Below, piece after piece: positions 10,202 through 23,789 of a stretch of DNA of 64,000 bases. Source of the DNA: Neoconidiobolus thromboides FSU 785 (lineage: Eukaryota > Fungi > Entomophthoromycota); assembly GCA_025603075.1 (NCBI GenBank), contig MU626267.1:145454-209453 (forward strand), given 5' to 3'. How positions within the stretch are numbered: the stretch's first letter is position 1; every line of letters begins with the position of its first letter. The position numbers and the translations under genes were made by a program. The notes beneath the pieces were generated by a model, which did no database searches, was not told where the DNA came from, and saw nothing but the letters and a program-made list of their open reading frames with translations.

Positions 10202-12700
10202 TTCAATGGAATGAATGGGAATAATAATGATAGTTAGAGTTCAAGGAATAATGATAATGGCTTTAACCAGGGAAATAACAGCAACGACTGGAATCAGGAA
10301 AATAATAATAATAAGAATTGAAATCCCAGAAAAAGTAATGGTTTTAATCGAAAAAAGAAAAATAACAACGGTTGGAACCAAGGAGATAACGATAATAACA
10401 ATTGAAATCAAAGAATAAATTATGATTATTATAGGAATATATATCAGCAACAGTGGTAATAGCTTCACTTTCTATATTTTCATAACAAATTTGATTTTTA
10501 TTTAGATAATAAATTAAACTGGATACAACCTCAGAAGGAACGGTCCTAGAACTCAAACAATATAGGCAATTCTGATAATCAATTCAATAGTAATAATCAA
10601 AATAGCAACAAGTATAGTAATAGTAGTAGGCGAAAGAATAATAATTATAACAATAGTTGTCAAAATAATAATAACTTTCAAATAATAATGGTTTTCAAAA
10701 CAACAACAGCTTTCAAGGAGATAATGAAAACCTTAATAAAAAGAAGTTTGATCGAAACCAGCTTAGAAATATCAACTTCCAGAGATTGATAGTAATTTTA
10801 ATAACAATCAATTTAACAATAGCTTCAAAAACAATGGAGGGGATGAACAACGTAATTATAATACTACCTGATTTAATTCAAACAATAATAACACAAATCA
10901 ATTTGAGAATAATAACAACAATGGATTTGATAAAATGAGCACTTCAAGTTCATTTTATGGTCTGAAAGATAATAGTAATAGTAGTAGTAACCAAGAATAT
11001 AATTATAATCAAAAGGTAAAGAATCCAAAAAATAAAGGGGTGTATCAAAATGCTTGAGGTTGGGATCAAAACAAACAAAATTGAAACTAGAACGAAGGTA
11101 GTTGGAACCAGGATAATCAAGCTTTGAATCGAAATAAGGGAATGCGGAGTATGAACGAATATATATGAAGCCAAAATAAGCCTACATGGGGTTAAAACGA
11201 TAACCGTAATTAAGCAAACAAAAAGAGAGACAATAATACGACAAAAGAAAGAAAGAGATTATATAACCTTGAAAAAGAATGGGGGACTTTTGGTCAGATC
11301 GAAGAAGTAGAAGAAGATTCTAATAAAGACGCTAGAGTAATTGTTGTAAATAACAACTTTGATTTATGAGGAAATGATATCGGAAACTTTAGCAGCCTCA
11401 ATAGACGTGAAGGATCTAATAAATAAGGCATTATAAAAGATATCACAAAGGATGTAGAGCTGGAAATTAAACCAGACATATAGAAAGATTCTGAAGACAA
11501 ATATACTATCGTTGAGAGAAAAAGTTTTAAAGGTATGGGGTTGGAACTTTATGGTAATAAACAGAATAATGATATTGAGGATGGAACTAAACAAATATTA
11601 GAAGGTATGGATATGAAAGGATGGGAAGAGTATTTAAGTGAAGATTATAAGTTATAATTTGGAAATAATGAGAGTAAAAGGATCATATTAAATCATAATA
11701 TTGTTAAGGAGATTGAAACTGATGATATAGATGAACAAGAAACGTTCTCAAGTGACAATTATAAAGAAAATTTAATTCAAAAAGAAAATGAGGATATGAG
11801 GTTTTTTGATTCATTTTTAATTAGAGATAATCATTCCAAAGATAATTATTTTGAAAATGAAGAAGATAAACGATTCCTTGAATCAATAACTCAGAATAAA
11901 AACATAAAATATGAATCAGAAGAAAAATAAATGAAAAATGGTATTCTAGCCCTTATAAATTTACCTGAGGTGAGAAACCCAGAAGGTTATTTTATTGAAA
12001 CGAAACTATCAAAATAATGATAATCAATATACTAAAGATAGAATGTCATTGAATTTGATTAAGAAAAACAATAGAAATAAGAATAGGGAGAGTTATTGTA
12101 GGAGTGATAAGGGTACAAGTGCATCTATCAACCAAAAGCTTGGTTCAATTAAAGATCAAAATTACAATCATAATATACCTTATCCAAATAAAAGAATATC
12201 AATTAATCAAAGGCTGACCTATAATAATAGTCTCAAAAGGACCCCTATTCATTAACGTTTGGGTTATAAAAAACAAAATGTGAAAAAGATTTAAATTTAA
12301 CAACATAAAAAGTATTATTGCAATGAAGTATGATAAAGAAAAGAAAGAAGCAGAAAAATAATTGGATTAAAATTTAAGAACAAAGTTTAAAAGAATAGGA
12401 AGAAAACGACTTAAAATTGAATTATAGAGGTTTTAATACACATTTAAGCATTTGGGAGCAGAGCACTTCAATAAATATAAATGGAGATACTCTTAAGAAT
12501 TTTGAAGTAGATCGGGTTGAAAGTGATAAAGGATCAATCGAAGAGAGTGAGGCAGTAAAGGAAAGTGGATAGGAAGTGGCTGATTATAAGGAGGCTGAAG
12601 GTGATAAAGAGATAATGGCTGATCGTGATATACAAGAAAAAGTTATAAAATGAGCTCCAGCTAAATTATTTGTATATAGACATATATATTACTGTTATAA
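10202..12700 (+). pseudogene. Decayed ~2.5-kb low-complexity ORF: Asn-rich repeats spaced by Trp, then Asp/Glu/Lys-rich region
   Basis: Frames read NGFNQGNNSNDWNQENNNNKN*NP..NNGWNQGDNDNNN*NQ, A*GWDQNKQN*N*NEGSWNQ, EWGTFGQIEEVEED; many stops sit where W or Q is expected, plus frameshifts; boundaries approximate. Confidence 0.55.
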
Positions 12701-12850
12701 CATTTGAAAAACTTATTTGTATTTGCTTAAGAAATAAAGTTATAATTTAAATGATTAGTATTTTGTAATAAATCATCATTTAATATTGATATTTTTTAAT
12801 TTATTGAATTTCAAAAATTGATTGGTTGAAATTGGAATCATTTAAAATAA

Positions 12851-15270
12851 ATGCCAAATTTTAAAAGCATTAATTCAAAACATCAACTAATTTTGAATTT
12901 TATTTTATTACTAATCATGAATTATAAAATAGTCTTATATTTACAATTAACTTATTTGCAATTAACCATTAGTCAACAGGTAACTCTCCTTCTACCATTA
13001 TGTAACCACTAACACTTCCTAGACATCAACTGTGATAAAAGATTTAGCTTCATTAACCAAACCAATTAAAAGTACAATAAATTATTTAAAAAATTGGGAC
13101 TCAATACTCCCTTCCTTTGAAGAATATATTAAAAAAATCACAGATATAACTTCCGATTTTAAAACCAAACCAAACACATCCAAAGAGTCTTCAACAACTG
13201 GTGGAGATAAACAAAATATTCATGAATTATATATTGGTTATTCGTATAAAGGACCTAAAGATCGATTTAATTATGCATCAAAAGATTGTGCAGCGAATAT
13301 AATGTCTACGAATCCTTCTTCACGTAATCCAAGTGCTATCTTAGACAAGAATAAAGATCGCTATCTATTAGATAAATGCTCCAGTGAAAGATATATAGTT
13401 GTAGAATTATGTCAAGAAATAGAAATACAGACTTTATTATTAGCTAATTTTGAATTTTTTTCATCTACATTTAAACGATTTGATTTATATGCTTCAGATG
13501 CTTACCCACCCCAAAAAGAAGGTTGGTATTTTGCCGGTTCTTTTGAAGCCTTAAATATTAAAAACTTTCAGGTAAAAAAAATATATAATAAAATATAATA
13601 AGTTAAATCAATCAAATTAATTAATTGATTTCTATTTCCAAATTTAGGCATTTGATGTTAATGTTAAAGGTTATATGAAATACCTTAAAATTGAATTCAA
13701 ATCTCATTATGGTAATGAATATTATTGTCCTATATCCGAAATCAAAGTATTTGGACCTACTATGTCTACTATTTTAGCTGGATTTTTAAATAATCCAGAA
13801 GAACCAGAAACCCAGTTAATAAAAAAAGAAAACTTTGAGGCAGTATCTATGGAAGATGAGGGAATTAAGGATAATGAAGAAGAAATTGAAGACATTAAAG
13901 AAAACAAAGAAGAGGAAATAAAGGTAATTGAAAATGAGAGTAAAGGTACTGAAAAAAAATCTGAAATATTTGAGAACCAACAAAACAATATCTCACAATT
14001 TATAGAAAGTCCCCATTTAACCACTAGTTTTAATAATTTACCAATAATACCTACTAGCAGTACTCAATGTTGTAAAAAAAAATTAGTTCATTTGTTTAAT
14101 TTTGAGCCTAAAATAAGTTATGCCGTAACCCCTTATGATAAATATCAATTGAAACGATTATTCAAGTTAGAATATTGTAAAGCTATTTTAAGTTATACTG
14201 ATAGTTTAAAATTAAATCATAATATGGTAAAAACAAAATTTAAAAAAGAAAGTAATACTGAAGAGGAATTCAAAACTATGAGCAGTTTAACAACAGAGAG
14301 TAAGTTTCAAGATATATTAACAGAAATGAGTGAAAGTGAAGATAATATAAAACAACCGGAACCTACGGATGGCGAAAATATAAACAACAATAATGGTAAC
14401 AATAATAGCAATAAAAACAATAATAATAATGGACCTGAAAATGTATTCCGAGCATTAAATCGACGTTTAATAAACCTTGAATCAAATTATCAATTATTAC
14501 AAGCGTATATTGATAACCAAGCAACAACATTTAATAATTTATTTATGGAAATTGATCAGCATCAATTAACTCAATTTCAATTAGGGTTTAAAGAATTAAA
14601 TACATTGATTTATTTACAATTTCAACAAATTAAAGTCAAACAGGAAGAATTATGGGAGAAGATGGGAGATCAAGTAGAAAATATAGGCAATAAAAGAAAA
14701 CTCGAAATTAATATATTAGAAAAAAAATTCAATGTATTGAAAAATGAAGTGAAATTTGGTAAAAGGTTACAATTAGCTCAATTAGCTGTATTATTTATTG
14801 TTGTGTTGGTACTATTGTTAGCTAAATTGTATAACTCTTCAATTAATCAATTAGATATTAGAAACAATACAAATAATAATACTTTATGGTGGCAATTAAC
14901 ACCACCAAATTCAGCTACTGGATTACAGTTTGAAGAAGAAGTAAGAAATTTAAATTTTAATGAAAATGAATTGAATAATATCAACAACGAAGAAGACGTT
15001 AATAATCTAATACAAACACTTGAAAATCAAGAACACAATAATAATAATGAAAACAGTAATGAAAATAATAATAATGAAAATGAATTTTATTTAAATAATT
15101 ACCCATCACCTGAGACATCGGAAATTTCAATAGATAGAATACCTACTCCTCATCCAAAATATTTAGATTTACAATTAAATTCATTAAATAATTCACCCAT
15201 AAATTATACTATCAATGAAGAAAATGAAGATATAGATGAAGTAGATTATTTTGATTTAAATAAAGAATAA
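12851..15270 (+). CDS. SLP1: SUN (Sad1/UNC-like C-terminal) domain protein, Slp1/SUCO type (3 exons)
   Basis: ATG 12851 with hydrophobic N-terminus; introns at about 12980-13022 and 13572-13647; RFNYASKDCAA, VVELCQEI, LANFEFFSSTFK and YLKIEF.SHYGNEYYCPISEIKVFG, then coiled coil and one TM helix. Confidence 0.85.
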
Positions 15271-15348
15271 AATTATTAATAACAGTAGTAATAATAAATA
15301 GAATATAATTTTAATTTGGATAAGTAATAATAATAGGAATAATACAAT

Positions 15349-17668
15349 TTAATTTTTAGATTGAAATTGAATGGGATCTAAAGATATAGGGAACATTTTT
15401 AATACTGAAAAGATATCATTGGCTAATACAAATCGATCAGCACCTTCCATCAATATTTTATAGACTCCTTTCATTATTTTGATGATTTTACTAATTAATA
15501 ATAAATCCATATTATCTTGTTTTATTTCTTCGATTAGATTCTTTCTCTCTTTATTATTGTGCTGATTATATTGTGTATTTTGTTGCTGTTTATTATTATT
15601 ACTTTGATTATCATTATTACTTCTATAAGGTCTTTCTAAATAGTAATGTAAAGTTAAATAGAAATTAAATAACCACCACCATTTATAAGGTACCCCAATA
15701 TGAAAAAAATCAAATCTTCTTTCAATTATATAATAACAACCTAAATAAGAAGCAATTAATGGTTTTAGACAATTTGGTAATTGAAGAAATTCATTAATAG
15801 GATAACTTTCTGGTTCATTAATAGCTTTATAAAATAATTCCATATCTTTAAAATGAAATGGTAAATCTAATATAAAATGAGGTCGATATAATTCTACTAA
15901 TAAATAAATATAATGTAAAGATCCAAGGAAAGCATACATATCTTTACGATGTGGTATTATTATTGAATTTTTTTCTGCTTTAGGTACTCTTCGTTGTCTT
16001 AAAGGATGATGAGATAAATACCAATTATGTAATTTCTTTTCTAATACTTTTGTTTCTATTAGAAATTGATTATACAATGGCAATTTTAATACACTTTTAG
16101 ATAAGTTCCAACCCAAAGGCATTAAAGTGCAATTAGCTAATGAAAATGGCTTAAATTTATCTTTATAATTTAAATGAATAGCTAGCATTTTATAAGCAAT
16201 TTTAAAAAACAAAATTCTCGCTTCAATAGCTTTAACTCTTCTTAACGGGGATGGGGATTCTGGCCATAACGGATTAAACCATTGTTCACTACTATCTAAT
16301 ATTTCATTCAGTTGAGGCATATTAATAAACAATTGATTCAATGCAATCATTTGATTTTTTCCAACACATAATCGAAATAACACATCATTACAAAATAAAG
16401 ACCACATTGTTCTTCTTCTTAATTCTTGTAAATATGAAGGTAAATGAGGACTTGGTAAATGTAATCCAATATTTATAGCCATTTTAATAGCTAAACTATG
16501 ATATGTCCATCCATATTGAGCTGTATTATCATCTAATATAGTAGATGGATAATGAGACATAATAATTAAACCTTGTATTGTTGATAAACTTGGTTTTAGA
16601 TAGATTGGTTTTAACAATGTTATTGAATTTTTAGCAAATAATAAACCTAATCTTGGTATATATGACTTAATATTGAAATATCCGCTAGCAGTTAATAATA
16701 CACTTGAAAATAAAAACTGAATTGAAGAATTCATTTTGTTTTTCATCCAGTAATCGAATACTTTACGATTTAATAAAGAATATCCTGAATTGAAATGATA
16801 AAAATAAGATTCAATTAATTGATATATCATTTCATTAGATAATAAACTAAATAAATTAATGTTTTGATGATTGTTTAATATTGAATCCATTTTTAAAAAC
16901 TTTTTAATCTTTTTACTAGAATAGAATAAATTGTCTATTTTACTTTCATATTCTGGATTATTAATTAATATTAATAATGTACGTAAAGCATGTGGATTAG
17001 ATGATAATGCATAAGATGCTGGACTATTTCCAAAGAATACCCCTTCTCCATTATCACTTAATATAACGGTTGATTTACCTAAAGAGTAATTGGAAAATTG
17101 AAAAAAAAAGCGTTCATTTTTTGGCATTGGATTTAATACTTTATATAATGTAAGTTGCTTTTTTGGTAAATTTAATTCTCCTCTTTTACTTGTTATTGTT
17201 ATTGAATGTCCATTCTAAATAATAATGATAATAAATTATATAATATATAAATAAAATTTAATTTATTAACACAAGTTCTTTTTTCTTACCTTAATACTCT
17301 TCATCCTTTTTCCAACTCCCTCATTTTCATTTCCTTCTTTTTTATTTCGACTATTTATTGGTCTTCCAATATGATACCTTTGTCCTTCAGCTCGAAAATA
17401 AGTACATGCTATTTTTCCTTTACTACAGTTGCCACAATTAGGTAATATTTTATCACACTTCACTTTACGTGAATAACACATATCACATGCTCTTCCTCTT
17501 TTTTCTCGATTACTTGTTACAGCAAAAGGTAATATAACATCATAGTTTTGAATGGGTTTGGGAAGCTATAAAAAAATTAAAGTTAATATGAGAAAAGGTA
17601 ACGAGATTGTGGAATGTTCCATATTTTATAAAATAAGAGTATCAATAGTTAATATTTACTTTATCCAT
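15349..17668 (-). CDS. Zn(II)2Cys6 fungal transcription factor with fungal-specific middle homology region (3 exons)
   Basis: RGRACDMCYSRKVKCDKILPNCGNCSKGKIACTY binuclear cluster; intron at about 17217-17290 joins it to the 592-aa ORF (A..IGLH, RRRTMWSLF..D); first exon MDK at 17660-17668 is tentative. Confidence 0.88.
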
Positions 17669-18871
17669 TTAGTTAGTTAACTTTTATGTTATTTATAGAT
17701 GATCTATTTTATATTCCACCTTTCAAAACAAACACAAATAGTTCCACTTTTAAATAATTAAAAAAGTAAACATTAAAAAATTAATAAATTCAAATCAACT
17801 CCGAATTTCTAAATTTTACTTGTTAAGATTGGTTGCATTTGAGATGCTTTTACTATATTTTAATTTGCTATTAATTTATTTTACATTAGATTTGTTAAGC
17901 TTATATAATGTTCTATTTATATATTCTTTATAAAAGAAATTAATGACAAATTAAAATAAAGTAAAGACACCTAAATGCAACTAATTTTAAGAATAGAAAT
18001 TATTCCAATTGATTGTAATATTTATAAAAATTACTAAGTTGGAAATAATCAAGATTTCAGGGATAAGGAGGATAAGAGAATAAAAATACTTTTTGACATT
18101 GAAGATTTTACTACACTAGGAGAGGCCTCAGATAGTTAAATTACTCTCGAAACTTGATTTATTTAACAATAAAGCACAAAAATTTATTTACTTTATTAAA
18201 AAAATCTCATCGTATTCTACTAAATAAAATAGGTTTTACGATTAACTATCTGAGATCTTTCTTGATGTAATAGTTTCTATATGGACATACCTTTTTTTAT
18301 TTGATAATTTTATCTAATAATTTTTCTATTCAATAGTACTCAAAAAGTGGAAAATTTAATGAAACTAGAAAATAAATATTAATATAATTAATTTATCGAT
18401 TAAAAATCTCAAAGTAAAAAAATATAATATAAAAATACTTTTATTTACTATCTCTTTGTTATGTTGTCTCTTACTACTGCTATCGATATAAGTCTCAATA
18501 TAATAAATAAACTTAACAATTTCAATAAAACAAACTTAAAGAATATTTCTTATATTCCTTATTCTGTAGAATTAATTCTTAATTTCATTCATTTAAATTC
18601 AATTTTAACTTGACTAAATAGGTATTGATTAAATAAGATAACCATAATGTATATTAACAACACAATAGAATAAAATGTAGACAATAACAATAATACAAGG
18701 TAAGTAATAGCATAATATAGTGCTAAAAAAAGCTATTAATATAAAAGGCCTAAAAAACACATTTACTAGATATAAAAAAAAGCATTATAATAAAAAAAAT
18801 AATATCATCCCCTTTACAGCACTCAAATATCTTCCATAAACAAATAAAAAGTAGCACTCTCTCTTATCTTC

Positions 18872-19762
18872 TTAATGTAACTCATAAGTATCAAATCTAG
18901 GCAAAGCAGGAGGGAAATAAACGGCAATAAGTTCATTATAAATATCCTTATCTAACTCCAAAAAAGTACAAAATACCACTCTCTTTACACAACTTTCAGG
19001 ATGTTGTCTTAGCCATTCACTTACCGTTTTTAACGCTACATGTGCCGCTGCTGGGTTTGGATATCTTTTAACCCCTGTGGAAATACAAGGGAAAGCAATG
19101 GATTTCCCTATTGGTTTTAATTTATCCAATTGATCTAGACATTTCCAATAACATTGTTTTAATAGCCGCTCATTTTCGCTTGATGGTCCAACAGTATGTA
19201 ATACAAATTTGCATGGTAATCTATAACCTTTAGTTACACAAATATCACCTGCTCCACATCCACCAATTTTTCGACATTCAGCTATAAGATCCGGTCCACC
19301 AGCGGTTATTATAGCTCGAGTGACACCAGAGCCATGTAAAATTTCAAAGGTTGTAGCGTTAACAATACAATCAATTCGGAGTTTTGTAATATCTCCTTGC
19401 CATATGGATACCTTAGAATTGATTTCAAAATCGGGTTCATAAACAATAGTTTTTGGTAGTAGGATAGGATAGTTGGTTTGATTGGAATTGGAATTCATGG
19501 TGGTACGCCTTGGTCTTGTGAGCATCCTTGCCGTGGTAGGTAATAATGAATGTCGCTGGGAAAATATTATTTCCTCTTCTTCTTCATCTGTATCGATTAC
19601 AATCGGATAATTTAAAGTAGTGGGCTGAGACAATGAAGAATCATTATCATTTGATAAACAGCAAAATTGGGCTTTGAAATTATCGTGATGATAATCAAAA
19701 CTTAAGGAATTGTTACCCCAATTAGGTATTTCATTAAAATTTACTATGCTTGTTGGAGTCAT
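18872..19762 (-). CDS. Macrodomain protein, paralogue 2, non-canonical active-site loops
   Basis: 296-aa single-exon ORF with WQGDITKL, IVNA, GYRLPCKFVLHTVGP and IAFPCISTG; clearly homologous to 156-983. Confidence 0.92.
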   Translation of the reverse strand: MTPTSIVNFNEIPNWGNNSLSFDYHHDNFKAQFCCLSNDNDSSLSQPTTLNYPIVIDTDEEEEEIIFSQRHSLLPTTARMLTRPRRTTMNSNSNQTNYPILLPKTIVYEPDFEINSKVSIWQGDITKLRIDCIVNATTFEILHGSGVTRAIITAGGPDLIAECRKIGGCGAGDICVTKGYRLPCKFVLHTVGPSSENERLLKQCYWKCLDQLDKLKPIGKSIAFPCISTGVKRYPNPAAAHVALKTVSEWLRQHPESCVKRVVFCTFLELDKDIYNELIAVYFPPALPRFDTYELH

Positions 19763-21932
19763 CTTTAAAACTAAAGTGATAAATTTTGAAATAAGATAGT
19801 TATTTTGAAAATAAAATGATTTTAATTTATTGACGATTGGTTAGTGTGAATATTTGGTTTTAGAAAAAAGTAGTCACTTTTATTGATTTTTTTGGACTAA
19901 GCTGATAGAAGCGAATTAAAAAGTGAGAATAAGGAAAGGATATGATTTTATTGATTAAATTTTAAGACCAAATTGTAGCAAAAATTAAAAACTTAGAACT
20001 TGCATTGAAGTTTTCAGCTGACATTATAAGGATAATACTGTCAAAAATCGAACTGGAATTTCAAGATATAACATATTAATATTTAATACAAGAATTAATA
20101 ATAATTAATATCCTTAATATCTATTGTTTTCAAAATCTGGTCTTCTCGACTTTAAAAAATCACATACTCAACTTTATTACATATGGATATTCTGATCTAA
20201 TTTGTGAAAAAATATATAAGCAACTAGTCAAACTTAAAGCATTTTATCATTATTGGATAAATTAGCACTTTTTAGCAATACTTTCTACCCAAAATCTCCC
20301 CACTTACTTCCATTACTCTTATTAAGGTTTTATTTCACTTAAAAATAGAAATAAAGTTAAAAATATACCAAATAATAACAAAAATAGCCTTAGTTAGACT
20401 TTAAAATGTATTTTCCCTTCATCTTCTCTTAATTAATAAGGTAGTTCTATTCAACTTAGACGTAGTATTTGTATCCATTAGCTTATAAAGTGTGAAGCTA
20501 TTTAAGTAAAAATTAATGAATTAAATGTTTTCATATTTTATTATAATATAAATTATTTTAAAACTCGTGTTATCAGTGTAAAAAGAATATACTGTTATAG
20601 CTGATTTCAGTCATTTTTATACTTATTATTATTTTTTAATTAACATCACTAAACCTTTGGTTGCTATTCTACTTATCGTTTCCAATATCAATTTATAGGA
20701 TTTAATCCTGTCTTTTAAGATATGAAACTTATTTAGTTATTGAAATTGGTCAAACAAATACATATGGGGCTTATATGGAGTGCTGTAAAGTAACTAATTT
20801 TAACAATGGTATTGAAAAATATAACCTTTTTGTAAATATCGCTAATAGATGGCGTATTATCACTGATAAACATATACTCACCAGATAGAGTAGCGTTATA
20901 TTATATAATATTAGATATGGAGATACTAATACCATATAATTTAATAAAAAATTACTACTAAACAAGTCTAAAAATGATAGACTGTAAATTAATGAGTATA
21001 AAATACCTTCTGAGGGGTATAACCGTTTTTTAGCTAAAGATTATGTTTATAAAACTCTACATTTATTAATGATCATTTACATTTGATATATATGATTCTT
21101 TTTTGGTCATGATGGGCTTGGAGGTATACTTAATAAATCCATCTATCTCCTTTGTATATTTTCTGCTATGACTCTTCTCTATCAGAAGCATTAAGTTTCC
21201 ATATATTTCTCTTAATGAATAAGTCTTGTTTTAACACTTAATAAACATTTTTTAAAATACCCGCTGTTTGGTTACTTTTTGTTACAATTATAGTACAGTA
21301 TTCTTGAATATTATATCACATTCTAAGTTTACTGTAAAAGAAATTATATCTCATTTTCGATCTTCTATTAAATCAAAATAGTTGATTATTATTTACCTAC
21401 TCATGTACAGAAAAGCATCGAATAAATGACAAATTATTCATAGTAAAAGTTACTTAATATTCATTTAAAAACACAATATAAGTAAATTAAATATAACCAA
21501 CTTACAGCATTATCTCTTATTGTATCATTACAATGTTACTTATTTTTATAAAATATATTAAAACCTAAAAAATGGAATATTATTCTAAAAAAAGATTCAG
21601 TGATTAACATAACAATAGTTTAACAGGCTTTTGTTATGATGAATCTAGACTACTTGGTTATCTGCGATTTAGTTGTCACTATGTTATTTATTCAGATCAT
21701 TATATTTACTCCTAATTTAAATCACTGTTCTATGTTTTCTATTTCTTTTTTAATACTTCTAATCCAAAAAGATGCTTCTTGTATAATACTTGTAATTACA
21801 ATATATTGAATATCCGAAAACAATAAAAACATTTTTTTCGTAAAAAAGAATTAATCAGTTAATCAATAAAAGTTACCAAAAAAGCCTATTCATTCGCAAA
21901 TAACTCTAAAATATAAATGAAAAAAGAAATGT

Positions 21933-22196
21933 CTATTTATTTTTAGTTTGGCGATATTTGAAAGGTTTGCGAGTTGGAATAAACTCACCAAGTTTATGAC
22001 CTACCATTTCTTCTGATACTGAAATAGGGATATAGTTTTTACCATTATGAACTAAAAATTTAGCACCAACAAAGGAGGGAATAATGGTACATGACCTTGC
22101 ATTTGTTTTAATAGGTTGATTTTCCATGATCGCTTTCTTTAAATGCGGAAATGCTACAAAAAATGCTCCTTTCCATCCAGATCTACCGCCACCCAT
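21933..22196 (-). CDS. RSM19: Mitochondrial ribosomal protein uS19m
   Basis: [38 protein letters not shown]: the S19 signature. Confidence 0.93.
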   Translation of the reverse strand: MGGGRSGWKGAFFVAFPHLKKAIMENQPIKTNARSCTIIPSFVGAKFLVHNGKNYIPISVSEEMVGHKLGEFIPTRKPFKYRQTKNK

Positions 22197-22347
22197 TTTG
22201 ATATTTTCTAATTGATTTAGTTAAAGTGGTAAACAACTTGGGATCAGTTTTCGACTTGAATCCAAGTTTCAAATGCAAAATTTATGCAAATTTTAGATTT
22301 TGGAAGATTAAAGTCAAAGTTCAAATTGATTTAAAGTTTTATTCATA

Positions 22348-23113
22348 ATGTCAACTGGAATTAGTATCAAAAGACTAACAGAAGAACGTAAAAGTTGGAG
22401 AAAAGATCATCCGCATGTAAGCAATAAAATTCTGATTTATAAAAAAAGTTACATTTTTTAAGGGATTTTATGCTAGACCAACAAAGAAAGCAGATGGTAC
22501 TTTGGATCTTATGAAATGGAATTGTGGTATTCCGGGGAAAAAAGGGGTAAAATGACAGTATTTTTTAAAGGATAATAAAAATAACTTTTCTAGTCCGATT
22601 GGGAAAACGGGATTTATAAATTAGACATTATATTTACAAATGGTAAGCAAATAGTTTATATGAATTTAAAATTACTAACTCTTATTTAGAATATCCTAAC
22701 AAACCACCTAAATGTAAGTTATAAAGTTATTCTCGATTGATCATAATTAATAAAATATGCTAGGTGTATTCACTCCACCTTTATTCCATCCAAATGTGTA
22801 TCCTTCTGGAACTGTATGTTTATCTATAATTAATGAAGAGCAAGATTGGAAACCATCGATTACAGTTAAACAAGTAAATATTATTAAAAGCTTTATTTAT
22901 AAATTCTGACTTTCAAAGATCCTTATTGGTATACAGGATCTCTTAAGCGATCCTAACCCAGCTTCCCCAGCTCAAGAAGACGCTTTTAGATTATTTAAGT
23001 AAGATAATTTTATGACTTTTCTCTTATTTGGTGATTAAATTTTTATTAGAACGGATAGAGCAGCTTATATAAAAAGAGTTCGTCAACAAGCAAGAGAGAA
23101 TGGCTTTGAATAA
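22348..23113 (+). CDS. UBC9: SUMO-conjugating enzyme E2 (7 short exons, absent from the ORF track)
   Basis: Spliced translation reads [38 protein letters not shown]/..[62 protein letters not shown]; stop at 23111-23113. Confidence 0.93.
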
Positions 23114-23789
23114 AATAAAATTGTAGTTTTATATATTATTACAAACCTATTCAAGTTTATTAATAGGTATTGTTGACTTATAATGATAAATTGAGAATGA
23201 TCATAACAATTCAGTGCTTTAGAATAGAGCCATATATGTTATTGATTTTTTATACTTATGCGTTTTAGTTAAAGATGCCATTATAGTTTATAGCTTATAA
23301 GTGAAGCTATTCTAAGCTAGGATAGTTTTTCAATATTATCGAGTTCAAGTATGAATTTTCATCCCTATATTACCGTTTTTTCTCTTAGCTATTGTTTTAA
23401 CAAAATTTCAACCTAATGTATGTTTGCGATTCTAGTTGAGCACAAATTTACCTAAATAGATTATTTATATTTATATATATTTATAACTATGGTTATTATT
23501 ATATTGCTATATATAATATCCATTATAGAGAAAAAGGTTGATTAGCATTTAACGACAATTGTACATATTTTATGCTAATTATATTTGGAGTTAGTAGTAC
23601 AAAAACCAATCCACTAAAATTCTTTAGATTGTAAGAACAATAATTTACAATATTAAGTAAACTTAAATAGATAATGATATACCTTTATAAATTACTTTGA
23701 TATATCCTTGTATTTAAATTAAAAGACAGTCACGTTTTATTTAAATAAAGTAATATGGAATTAATTTATCGCTTTCAAGATTCGCGATC

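Noticed and set aside
10202-11400. Alternative genetic code (TGA = Trp) or readthrough to rescue the Asn/Trp ORF
   Set aside because: TAG and TAA stops and frameshifts also occur, and neighbouring genes use TGG for Trp and TGA as stop (e.g. 1412-2041, 36986-38116)
10215-11594. Ile/hydrophobic ORFs at 10215-10556 and 10950-11594 as membrane proteins
   Set aside because: They are alternative-frame or antisense readings of AAT/AAC repeats in the decayed ORF
11931-12290. Retropepsin-like reading (ALINL..FIETKL, QLIKG*P) suggesting gag-protease
   Set aside because: No catalytic D(S/T)G, and the Ile-rich frame is the expected shifted reading of Asn-rich codons; no RT or LTR seen
5649-12700. RIP-like hypermutation as the cause of the pseudogene stops
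   Set aside because: Stops include TGG to TGA as well as TGG to TAG and CAA to TAA, so there is no clear CpA context; general GC-to-AT bias is sufficient, and no intact reference is available
20700-21400. ORF 20771-20965 and neighbouring coding-like frames
   Set aside because: Short, AT-driven and without motifs; not supportable as a gene
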